64,000 nt of DNA from the human T2T-CHM13v2.0 reference genome, Homo sapiens, in NCBI RefSeq assembly GCF_009914755.1, contig NC_060926.1; one strand, 5' to 3'. Of the stretch, positions 1 through 55,318 are shown in pieces. A model generated the notes under the pieces. The model was not told the origin of the DNA. It did no database searches and worked only from the letters and a program-made list of their open reading frames with translations. Made by a program: the position numbers and the translations under genes. Every line of letters begins with the position of its first letter. The stretch's first letter is position 1.

Positions 1-59
1 CCGCCCGCCTCAGCCTCCCAAAGTGCTGGAATTACAGGCGTGAGCCACCGCACTCGGCC
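1..59 (-). mobile_element. Alu, 5' end of an antisense copy truncated by the window edge
   Basis: cctcccaaagtgctggaattacaggcgtgagccaccgcactcggcc is the reverse complement of the Alu 5' end. Confidence 0.95.
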
Positions 60-1010
60 CCAAGCTTCTTGAATGATTGGAAGGATGTCTCTGCCTTTTG
101 TTGTAGCATGTGGGAATAACTATTTACTTTTAACTCATGTTTTATTCATCTTAACAGCATTGCTATACATTGGGAAAATAGGAGTGCGTAATTGTATTTA
201 TCTTTTCCTGATGGTGCAGATCCTGAATATTCCCAGCCTTTAGGATTTAATGTGGTCCTGACATGCAAGGGTGCCTCTAGCACCCAAGGCCAGGATCATT
301 TTCCTTTCTTTGTTATTTTAGAGCATGCATGGGGTCCACTCGTGCATCCCACTGGGTTTTGTCTCCAAAGTCTGCAGATATGTTTTGCCTCCCTCACTGG
401 AAATGTAAAGCAGCTGTTATCACCCCATAGAGTTCATTGTATTAGTTTATTCCTCTCTTTCAGTGTTTCCCATGCTCTCTTCTGTTCACTGACCAGTTAC
501 TAGAAAGCAAAGAGAAAATCAAAATAAACTTCACATAAGAAACACAGGACTTGGTGGAACAGGAAATCTTCTCTATGTATTTGAAATACATAATTTTCTG
601 GGCAGGTGGTCAAATAAAGCTGTGGCCTAATACTGATAAATGAAAGGTGATTCCGCGGGACTTCCCCAGGTTTCTTTGAACAGATTTAGTGTCATTTTGC
701 ATGTTTTAATTCATCTCCCTCCCCCCTTTTTTTTTTTTTTTTTTTTTAACAATGAGAAGATCGTTAAAGGCAGCTGCTTTAGGGAAAAAGGGCTTTGATT
801 ATTATTATTAGACAGTGCTCCCTTGGTGGCCATTCTGCCCTGGTTGGCTTTTGTAATCCCTTCTCTAGAATAGTATTTAGAACTTCCTAGGAACCTAATT
901 CTGGTTTGCTCAATAACTGATAATGAGTAAGTGGAAGGATTAGGGGCTTGTAAATGTTGGCATAAGGGATGGAGGAACCTCTGGCATTGGAATTGCAGGT
1001 GAGTTCTTAG

Positions 1011-1427
<417 letters not shown>

Positions 1428-4400
1428 GCATGTTTTATCTTTATCACTCTCTTACTTTGAGATTGGTTCTCCTACCTGTGTGGAAGAGGCCTCTCACTGA
1501 TGAGCAGAGTCACAGGTTTTCACGTGGGCAGAAGGAATGAAGGCTGCACAGGTTTAGAGAAAGGATGGCTTAGAGGACTCCCGGAAGCCAGCTGTCCCAG
1601 CCAGCATCCTCGGGTTACAGATGAGGCCACTGTTCCATGAAGGTACAGTGACAGCCTCAGGGTCACATGGGTCAGTCATTCCCAAAGCTTGCAATAAAAC
1701 CCGGTTTTTTTTTTTTAAAGCTTTCGGAGGCCCATTTCCACCCGATTTCCTCCTCCCTACTCTGTTACCTCCATTATGTCTTCTTCCATTAGCTCAAGGG
1801 ATTGACAAGCTCCAAACCCAGAAATTTCCCAGGCTTGTTGCTTAGCAACAAGGTTTCTGTTTGGGGACTTGAAGGAGACAGCCATTGTGCCGGGCCTGCC
1901 CCCTTGTTGAGCTGGTCAGAGGCCTGTTCCTAAGCCACCCTCAAGATCAGCAAGTACTGACCTGAAGGAACTGAAGAAACTGCAGGTGACCAAATAGACG
2001 AGTCTCCCACACCCCACAGTGGCTCTTTGTTGAACAGAGTGTGATTAAGATCACTTCAGGGCAGGGAACCCGGTGGCCCACTGCTATTCAAGGTTTATCA
2101 TAGATGTCCATATATATATCTCCTGCTGCTTTTTCTTTGTGTTCTGTCTGACAGAGAGACACAGAGAGAAGAATGACTATGTCCCTAGCAAAAGTGTTGC
2201 AATAAAACATTAAGGGTGGTTCATTATCTGATAGAAGGAAGTGGGGTTGGGGTGAGGGGCAGGGTTGCTGTGACTTCTTAGCAAATCCCTAAACAGCTCA
2301 GAATGAGGGAATTATCTCTAAAAAGAAGGAGGGATGATCCAAACATCCCCCCTTCAACTCTAAATTTAATGAGTCGATGTTTGATTTTGACAGCATTACT
2401 CTCTGGTAGCCGAAGTGTAATGTTTATCTGGGCAAATACATTAGTGTTGAAATAATAGGCCCTTTGTGTCTTTCTCTGCATCTCATTCCCGGATGGGGGT
2501 CAGAACGCGTGGCTGTGTCTGGGTCCTCTGTGGGAAACCGGCCATGATGTTGAAGCCACCGAGAAACGTTTAAGTTTGTGTGTGGAGTGTTTTATCAGCA
2601 CTCTGGGGAATGGCTGCATCAACTGTTTTGGTCTTAGAAATAAAGAATGAGTTTCCTGCCATGAATAGCAATTGTTTTCCAAGCCAGGTGGCCTGCAAGA
2701 GAGGCTGCCTCCAGAAGCTGGTCTGCAGATCTGCGGGGGCCAGGAAGGAGGTGTCTCGGGGCCACACCCGGGGCAGTGTTGGATGCTTCTCTAAGGTCAT
2801 TTTCAGCAGGGTTTCTGGGGTGTGTGTGTGTGTGTCTCCCTGTCAGATCACAATTCTGTCCTCTCTGTGGCCCTGCTGTGGGACATACAGACTTAAGAAT
2901 GCTCTGATGGGGTGGAGGGAGAAGCACAGGGCTCTGCGTGGAGGTCGCCTGGTCTACAAAAGAAAACAGTTCCATGTAAGTAGACTTTCTGCTCAATTAC
3001 CCTGTATATTTTAGTGTCCAATTATGGATGCTGTCCTCTGCAGTTGAGGTGCTCCCAATGGCTGACCCTTCACCCTCACCTGCAGATGTAGGTGAAGGTA
3101 GAAAGTAGAAAGCACCCACAACCTCCACTTGGTGCCAGTCTGTGGCTGTTTCTCTAGTGAATTTGTCTCCATCTGGCCCTGTGCTCAGAAGGTGGGTGCC
3201 CTTCCTCTGGCCCCTGGGTTCTTCCTTGTTGATTGTGTATGTTCTTCTCTGTACTCCTGCAAAATCTTAATTTAGGGAAATCTGTTACATTGAAATGACT
3301 AAGAGCAGCTTTCTTTCTTTTTTTGTATTTCTTACGAAGCTTTAATGCTATGCAGTAGTGCTTGAGAAAGTGTTTTATGGGCTCCTTGGGCCCTTCTGTG
3401 TACCTTTCTTGGACTGTGATGGTATTCATTAGCATACCAAAAACCACCAGAAGTTTAAAATGCTGAAAAATAAGCGAACTAATCTGTTTAACTATATTTA
3501 ATTTAGCGTTTCTCAGATTTTTCGTGTCAAAGTGTTTCGTTTAAAAATAAACTTTTATTTTAGGGCAGTTTAGATTTAGATTTACAGATTTAGTTTTAGA
3601 TACAGATTTAGATGGACCGATATGGATTTAGATTTAGAAAATGACGCAGGTGGTACAGAGAGTTCCCATAAACCTCATGCCCAGCTTCTCCTGTTAACGT
3701 CTTGCGTTAGTTTAGTCCATTTGTCACAATATGAAGCCAGTACTGTTACATGCTTATCAACTCAGGAACCCTCTTCATTCCAGTTTCTTGAGTTTTTACC
3801 CAGTGTCCTTCTTCTGTTCCAAGTTCTCTCATTGCATTTAGGGGTCTTGTCTCCTTAGAGTCCTCTCCACTGGGACAGTTTCTCAGGCTTCCACTGAAGA
3901 CTTTGACAGTTTTTGGTTAGGAATTTTATAGAATATTCTTGAATTGGGATTTATTTGATGCTCTTCTCTTAAGAAGACAGGGGTTATTGGTTTTGAGAGT
4001 AAGACCCTAGAGGTGAAACCTTATTCTCATCACATCCTGGTGGGGGTGAGGGGTGTGGTCACCGTCAACACCATCCATGTGTACAGTCACCCCGATGCCG
4101 TCAGGGTCACCTCATTGAGGCAGCGTTTGTCCTTTTCACGTGTGTGAGCTCCTTTTTCCACCATTTTCTAAACTACACTCTTTGGAAGGAAGTCATTCTC
4201 TACAGCCCACTTCAGAATGAGGAGTTAGGCTCCACCTCCTTGAGGGCATAACATCTATGAAAATTATGTGGAATTTTTCTGCATGAGAGATGTGTCTTTT
4301 CCCTCATTTATTTATGTGATTATGGGCTCATGGGTATATATTTTCTATTCTGGGTGATAATTCATGCTACTCTGTTGCTCTGTTTTTTTTCAGCTACAGC

Positions 4401-5534
4401 CACTGGGAGCTTTTTCAGTTGTCTCCTATATTGTTTGGACATCCTCTAGCTCAACTCCAATGTCCTGCCCCAGTCCTAGAATCAGCTGTTTGTCCAGTGA
4501 ACCCTAGTTTCGGTAACTGGAACATTGTGTTAGAATCAAGATCTGGGCACTAGATGTGCTTGTTGCAAACCGGGATGTCATTCCTTCTGTGCCCTGTCAG
4601 CTGCTAGAACAAGGAAACATATGTATGTACACTAACCGGTGTGTGCACACAAGTCTATACATATTTCTTTATTAGCCACCTGAATCTATATTAGGCTAAA
4701 CATGGGTTCCTACTGATGAGGCCAACTCTATTCCATGACCACCCTTGCTTATCTGAGACCTGACCTGCCACTCCAACAGTGAGAAACCTGGATCCCACTG
4801 TCTACCATCCCTTTACTTATTTTTTCCATTCCAGTGTAAAGGGATAGTGGCTTCAGAACTGTTAACTCATGCCCTGCAGCAGGCAGCTTCATCACCTGGA
4901 GAATAGTGCTTATGAACTTGGCCATTATTATTACAGGTTCGGCCCATTCCCGAAATCATTCTGGTCAGCACCTTTCCCCCACCCGCTTTTAATACAGGTG
5001 GAACCTTTGTTACAGTCTGCATTCCATCCTACCATGCCCCTGACCTCCTCAATGATTTTTTTTTAAATTGCATGCATTAAGGATCACCCTTTGTAAAGTT
5101 CTGTTTTATGGGTTTTGATACGTGCAGAATGTCACATATCTGTTATTACAGTGTCATACAGAATAGTTTTATTGCCCTGAAAATGCCCTGTACTCACCCA
5201 TTCAAGCTTCCTCTGCTCTCCCAGCCGCCCCCCTCCAAGCTACCAGTAACCACTGATCTGTTTGCTGACTAGGGTTTTGCCTTTTCTAGAATGTCATATA
5301 ATTAGAATCATACAGTAGATACCCTTTTCTTAAAAAAAAGAAGAAAAAAGACCTTATTTTTTTACAACACTTTTAGGTTCCAACCAAATTGAACAGATAA
5401 TACAGAGTTTCCATACACCCATCCACACGTACACACAATTAGCTATTAACATCCCATACCACAGTGGCACATTTGTTACCATGAATGAATATACATTGAT
5501 CAGCATTCTCTCCCAGGGTTCATAATTTCCTATG

Positions 5535-5840
5535 GTAGTCAGTTGGGGCTGCTGTAACAGAATACCATTGACCACGGGGCTGAAACAACAGAAATTTATT
5601 TTCTTGCAGTTCTGGAGGCTGGAAGTCTGAGAGGAGGGTGCCAGCGTGCTTGAGTTCTGGTGAGGACATCCCCCTGGCTTACAGAGGCTGCCTTCTTGCT
5701 GTGTCCTCACATGGCCAAGAAAGAGCATGGGAGCTCTCTCGTCCTCTTCTTGTAACTCCAGTCCTATTGGATTACGGTCCCACCCTTACGAGCTCATTTA
5801 ACCTTAATTTAACCTTAATTCCTTCCTAAAGACTATATAT

Positions 5841-5896
<56 letters not shown>

Positions 5897-6017
5897 CTAT
5901 ATATATATATAATATATAATATAACATATAATATATATAGCATAGCATATATATTATATAATATATGATATAACATATTATATATATTGCTATGTATATA
6001 TATAGAGAGAGAGATTG

Positions 6018-6064
<47 letters not shown>

Positions 6065-6163
6065 TATATAGACTTCTAGATGTGCTAAATCTCCAAATAT
6101 AGTCCCAATGGGGGTTTGGGCTTCTGCATACAAATTTGCCAGGGGGGTAAACTTTGGTCCATA
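5535..6163 (-). mobile_element. MLT1A-like MaLR LTR containing a compound microsatellite
   Basis: ggggctgctgtaacagaataccat...aaacaacagaaatttattttcttgcagttctggaggctggaagtc...tttggtccatag. Confidence 0.8.
5833..6070. repeat. Compound microsatellite (AC)24 / TA-rich / (GA)n / (CA)21
   Basis: Seen directly: AC run 5845-5892, CA run 6021-6062. Confidence 0.97.
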
Positions 6164-7647
6164 GTTTACGCTAGGTTTCACTCACCCTTGGTGTTGCACA
6201 TTCTGTGGGCTTTGACAGGTGGATAATGACATGTAATCACCATTACGCTTCATGCTGAATAGTTGCTCTCCCCTAAATATTCTCTGTGCTCTGCCCAATC
6301 ATCCCTTCCTCTCCATGATCCCTGGCAACCACTGATCTTTTTATTGTCCTTATAGTTTTGTCTTTTCCAGAATGTCCTAGAGTTGGGATCATATGTGTGT
6401 AGCCTTTTCAGATTGGCTTCTTGCAGGTAGTAATATGCTTTTAAATTTCTTCCATGTCTTTTCTTGGCTTGATGACTTATTTTTTCAGTGCCGAATAATA
6501 TTCCACTGCCTGGATATACCATAGTTTACCCATTCACCTACTGAAAGACAGCTTGGTTGTTTCCAAATTTTGGCAGTTACGGCTGAGCTGCTATAAGCAT
6601 GCATGTGCAGGTTTTCATGTGAACATAAGTCTTCACATTAGCTGGGAAACTAGGAGTGTGATTGCTGGAAATAGTTAGGTTTTTATCATTGAGTGGGCAT
6701 CATCTGCTTGGGAGGAGACAGCGTCCAAGTACTTTCCTAAAGCGTCATGAAGCCATACACTTGAATAAGCCAACTCTTTTACAGCCAACTTTCTACTCAG
6801 CCACAGTTCTCCAATCTCTGCTGCTGCTGACAGCTCCGTATTATGAAGATGTAGCTTTTCCCAGCCACTGCCAATCTGTACGTGCTCAAGTTAAGCCCAG
6901 GAAGCTCAGAAGCAAAACTGAAGTTGGTTTGTCTTATATCTCTACAAATCCAAAAGGCTCCATCTCATTCAGCTGATGAGGATATACAGAGGAGGTGTAG
7001 CACAGTAAATGGCTGTGTCTTAGGGCCACACAGACTGTGACTAAATAGCCCTGTATGTTTGTGCAGGTTACCCTAATCCTCTCCGAACCTTGGTTTACTC
7101 ATTGGTAAAATTTGAATAATAGCAAACTATCAAAGTCTCAGAGTCATTGTGCAGAGAAATGAAGTAGTATATGCAAATGGTGAACGCAATGTCTGATGTA
7201 CATTTAACAGTCTCTCTCTCTCATACATACATATATAATATATATACACACACACATACATATATATCTCTCTCATAAATACATATATATATGTATATAT
7301 AATTGTTGTTATAATTATGGAATAGCTGCTGTGACCACTGTCCAGAAGGCTAGAACATAGTTCCTACCCTTGAATAATGTATCGTCAAGTTGGGGAGGTA
7401 AATTCACACATATGTCAGACTTTGAGGGTCACACTTACCCAGAAAGACTGGTGACATGGTAGACCTCCAAAGCCACACTTACCCAGAAGAAATGGGAGTT
7501 ACTATGAGAGTGTAGGCCAGGGCCTTGTAGACACGACAGCTGAGTTTTGGTATTGTTGAAGAACGGTGCACTTGGTGGGCTTCAACCCACACAGCCTTGA
7601 GTGAGATAGACTTGGTTGGAAATGCTGTTGAGTGGAATGATACTGAC

Positions 7648-7830
7648 CAGTGGTTCTTGGGCTTCATTGTGCATCACAGTCCCTGCCAGGCTCACGGAAA
7701 CAGATCACTGTGCCGCCCCACCCACCTCCCCAGAGTTTCTGTTTTAATGAGTCGGGGTTGGAGCCCAACCAGTTACATTCCAGCAAGTTCTCAGGTGATG
7801 CTGACGCTGGTGTTTAGAGAGCGCTGCTTG
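7648..7830. mobile_element. MER5-like hAT-Charlie relic
   Basis: cagtggttct...ggttggagccca...caagttctcaggtgatgctga. Confidence 0.55.
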
Positions 7831-10821
7831 CGAAGCCTGGTGGACCACACACAGCAGAGACCCAGAGACGGGAGACAGCGGGGAGACGTGAGAAATCAGA
7901 GGAGACATCACACAGCACCAGGACTGATGCTGGGTGTGAAGGGTTTGTAGGGTGTGGAGAACGGGTAAGGAAGGAAAAGGGAGTTAGGCTGCAGAGGAAA
8001 CATGAGAGTGTCCCAGGCAACTGGAGGAGAGCAGGGACTTGCTGGAGGAAGGCATGAAAGTAAGAGGTGGATGATGACTGGCTGGCAGCTGCCTACCTTT
8101 CCAAGGTTTGCTTTGAAGGAGTAAAGGTGGGAAGAATAGGGGCCTACAGAGGTCCGTAGCCCTGGGGCTCAGAGATGGGATAGTTTTGGTCAAATAACCA
8201 CCTTGGACCTTACAGGAATCTGCTGAATCTCTCTACAGTGGAGTATTTTCTCTTCCAGCTCTCTCTTATCCTTGTGTCCACACCTCTTTCATCACAAGGC
8301 ACAATCCTTTGCACGGTCTCAGTCATGCTTAATAAGTAAATTGCCTTATGCACATTTTGAATTGCTTAAATTGAATAATACTTATAATTGACCAGATGTT
8401 CCTAAAACAGTTTGCCATTTCATATGACTTGACATTCACATTAGGAAAACAAAGACTGTGCTTTCTTTTATTGTGCATTGTGATTCTCTTAGCATAATCT
8501 GATTGCAAGTTCGCAGCTGTTCGCTGTTTGCAAAATCATATTAAGGCCATCCTGTGTGTAGGGAAGGTCCATGATGGGTTTAGACAATATAGACCCCTTT
8601 TTTTTCTGTAAAATATATCCTGTTGTCACCATTTGAATCACGATTTTGAGCACAACTCAGAGACTGTGTATTCTGTTGGGGAAAGAATAGTGATGTGATT
8701 CCTGGAAATGGTGCTGTGACCTGCTTCAAATCCAGCTCATGGGGCTGGCGGGGGAAGTGGGAGGTGAGGGCCATGGGCTGACCTGTGCCCAGGGCAGGGG
8801 AAGCCACTGGGGGCCAGATAGAAATCATGGTCCAGGCAGAAAGGAAGTCAGACAGATGGAACCCTGTACGCTGTGCCAGGAGGTCACAACAGAGAGGCAG
8901 TAAACAGGAAAAGGAGCCCAGATCTGAAGCTGGAAGGAGAGAGAATTGTCTTGGGAACAAGCACGATGGGGCAGGGCAGAGGTCCAGCACAGAGGCTATA
9001 ACTGGCTTGTGGGGCAGGGAACTGTTCACGCAGGGTGGAGGTGGGGATTCCAGGGCCCTCTGTGGAGCGGTTAAGCTCTGCCTCTGGGTAATGCGTTCTC
9101 GGGTGATGTCCAGGCTGGGAGCATAGTGCATGGCTGTCGATAAGGGAGGAGGCTTTAGGAGGTTTTGATGTTTGATTCTTCTAAAAATTTTCTCCATTGG
9201 ATTGAACTTCCGAAATGACTAATTTCACCATATGATATCTCTTCCCAACAGCTTGTTTTATCCATTTTGTCTATGTAGGTAAAAGTCTAAGCTTGTTAAC
9301 CTGACATATCATAATGACTTCTACTTACCAAGCTCCTAGTATCTATATATTAGATATATTATTCTAATATATTGCTTCTTACTTCTCACTCACTCTTCCC
9401 AAGTCTACATGAGTGGTGATGGTGATACAGGCTTTACAGAGGGAAAAAACAAAACAACAAAAACAAAAATTGAGTTCACAGAAGTTAAATTTAAGTTATG
9501 TGATTTCTTCAACATCAGCATAACCAAGTGGCCAAAAAAAAGGAATTTGAAGCCAGGTCTGCTTGACTGCAAAGCGTGAACTCTTTACCCTGCAACTTCC
9601 CCAACAGCCCGACAGAACTTGTACCCAGTGCTTTTTCAACATTGTCAAAAAACAAGCTCTCCCCAGATCTCCAGGCCAGAGCAGCCAATTGCCAGCTACT
9701 GCCCCCTTGAAACTTTTCCAGCCCTGACTGATTTCTGCAGCCTGCCCCAAGCCTCAGTGCCTGGGGTGAAGGTTTGTGATCCAATTTAGGGCCAGCTAAC
9801 ATTTTAAAATATAATTATCATGTTGTCCAGTGAACTTTAAGAGATGCTACTTAAAAAAATTGTTAAGTATTAAAGCAGAAAAAAGATACAGAGAAATCAA
9901 AAGAAAAAAGTCACAGCCTGTCAGCCTAGGACCCAGAAAACCCCATGTAGAGATTGAAAATGATGACAGTCATAAGCATAAGCATAAAATTCAAGGTGTA
10001 GAGAAATGATCCAAATGAATATGACCCTGGGGAGGACGCCTTGATGTCTGTACCCCCTGCAGCCCCAGAGAGCCGTGTGACGCCTCCAATTATCTCACTC
10101 CTCAGGACCCACCAGCTTGAGGTCAAATCATGATGCTTGTTTAAACTATCTTGAAAGTGCTAGCCAGTCCAGAGGAATTTGTGTCAAAGAGTCCTTTTGT
10201 AACAGGGAAGACACATGTATTTTAGACTGAGTGACTTGCAGGCACCAGCTGCCCTTGGAAGAGGCCCCTCCAGCTGCGGCCCACTCCCGCCCCAGACGCT
10301 GAAGGCCTGCGCAGATTCCCAGTGCAGATCCCGGGCGGTCTTCAGTCACCCCCTCAGTTGCTTGAGCTCTGGTAGTCAGGGTCTCCTCCTCGAATCTGGC
10401 TCATTTCTGCCTCTCATGTCCTTCGTCATGTGTCACTGGGCCCCATCTGCTGGGTGAGCTTTCAGGATCCTGCAGGTGCTTCCTTCTGGGCCAGACGTGT
10501 CTTCTCCCTCCTGGTAGAATTCTCCCTCCATGTGGAATTCACCAGGTGGGTGAATTCTCCCTTCTCCTTCCATGTGGAATTCACCAGGTGGGTTTTCCTA
10601 ACTAAATATTAGCGCAGTGACACCCAGTGAGGTGTCAGTCGTAAAACTTGAGAAAGGGATGATGTAATTTTTTTTTTTTTAAGTTAGGACAGCTCCTTGA
10701 CCCTGGGAATAAGCTACTCAAATGACAGTAAGTCCCAAACCTACCTGTGGCACACAGCGGCATCGTCAGATTCCCTGTCTGCTAAGCTGTGGCTGAAGGA
10801 GACATCACAGGGGAAGGGGAG

Positions 10822-11336
10822 TGTATTTGTTAGGGTCCTCTAGAGGGACAGAACTAATAAGATAGATGTTTATATAAAGGGGAGTTTGTTAGGTAGTATT
10901 GACTCACACGATCACGACATGAGGTCCCACAGTAGGCCATCTGCAAGCTGAGGAGCAAGGAAGCCAGTCCAAGTCCCAAAATCTCAGAGGTAGGGAACTG
11001 ACAGTACAGCCCTCAGTCTGTGGTCGAAGGGCCAGGAGTCCCAAAGCTGAAGAACTTGGAGTCCGATGTTCGAGGGCAGAAAGCCCAGCACAGGAGAACG
11101 ACAGAGGCCAGAAGATTCAGCCAGTCCAGTCTTTCCATGTTTTTCTGCCTGCTTTTTATTCTGGCTTTGCTGGCAGCTGATTAGATGGCGCCTACCCTGG
11201 CTGAGGGTGGGTCGGCCTCTCCCAGTCCACTGACTCAAATGGTAATCTCCTTTGGCAGTACCCTCACAGTCACACCAGGAACAATACTTTGCATCCTTCA
11301 ATCCAATCAAGTTGGCACTCAGTGTTAACCACCACA
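10822..11336 (-). mobile_element. MLT2A-like ERVL solo LTR, full length
   Basis: TG...CA termini; tagggtcctctagagggacagaactaata...caatccaatcaagttggcactcagtgttaaccaccaca; perfect 5-bp TSD GGGAG at 10817-10821 and 11337-11341. Confidence 0.9.
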
Positions 11337-11968
11337 GGGAGGAAGGGATTTTCCTGAGCACTTGCTGTGTGCGGCCGACCCTTTATGTGATCTCCCTTCA
11401 TCCTCAGAACACCTCTGTGAGAGGGGATTATCAGCCCCTCATGTGGATGAGCCAGCTGAGGCTGAGAGTGGTTAGGGAACTGTTTTGGGCAGTTCTGTGT
11501 GACCACAAAGCATAGCAATGGTTCTGCCCCTCCATGTGGTCCTTGTGCCTTGTCTTCTGGTGAAAGATGCTACGACATTTCTTCCTTCTGTTGGACGTCT
11601 ACCTTCTTTCCAGCTGCCCTGAAAACTCAAGCCTCACCACCCCCACCAAGCCCTTCTGCTCTGACCCTTCCACCCAGGCTTGTCCTCATATTCGCCACGT
11701 CTTTAACACTGGAGAACAGTTAAATCCAAGCAATATGTATTTTAACAAAAGCTTCTCTTCCAAGATGGCTAAGGTTTTGCCCCCCTGGTTTAGGAGCCTG
11801 GTTGGCAGGTGTCTTATTAAAATGCACGTCAGTGGGAGGGAGGGAAGGATGGGTGTGTGGGTGAGTTGTTTGCCGTTTTGAGGGCAGACATGAAAGTTAC
11901 TACCAGAATGGTAAGGGAGCCACTCACAGACCCCAGGCAGGCACCCCTGGTTAAAATTTCTCAGAGCT

Positions 11969-12222
11969 TGGCAGGTCGAGGTGGGGGGATCATGAGGTCA
12001 GGAGATCGAGACCATCCTGGCTAACATGGTGAAACCCCATCTCTACTAAAAATACAAAAAATTAGCCTGGCATGGTGGCACTTGCCTATAGTCCTAGCTA
12101 CTCAGGAGGCTGAGGCAAGAGAATCGCTTGAACCCATGAGGCGGAGGTTGCAGTGAGCTAGATTGCACCACTTTACTCCAACCTGGACGACAGAGCGAGA
12201 CTCCATCTCAAAAAAAACCAAA
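11969..12222 (+). mobile_element. 5'-truncated Alu (AluSc/AluY-like), about 150 nt upstream of the first coding exon
   Basis: gaggtcaggagatcgagaccatcctggctaacatggtg...; TSD-like AAAATT(T)CTCAGA on both sides, preceded by a TT|AAAA endonuclease site. Confidence 0.9.
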
Positions 12223-12383
12223 AAATTCTCAGAACATCCAGATGCTCTAGGCTCCATCAGCAGTCAGTTGGCCACCTCCCTGGGTCCCAGCTACAGCCAG
12301 GAGAACCTTGCCACGGAGCAGGTGGATGCCAGGGGTGGGGAGGTCTGACCTTCCGTGCTTCTCTCGTTTCAGACTGTTCTGCG

Positions 12384-55318
<42,935 letters not shown>

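Larger units (their letters stand above)
3545..6670 (-). mobile_element. Old L1M (L1MC/L1MD-like) 3' fragments, interrupted by an MLT1 LTR
   Basis: Typical antisense L1M motifs: ctggcaaccactgatctttttattgtc, tttgccttttctagaatgtcatata, ttccactgcctggatataccatagttt. Boundaries approximate. Confidence 0.7.

Noticed and set aside
8580-9197. 205-aa minus-strand ORF (and the 207-aa ORF at 48551-49174)
   Set aside because: Non-ATG starts, no domain or coding-like composition, and no supporting exon structure.
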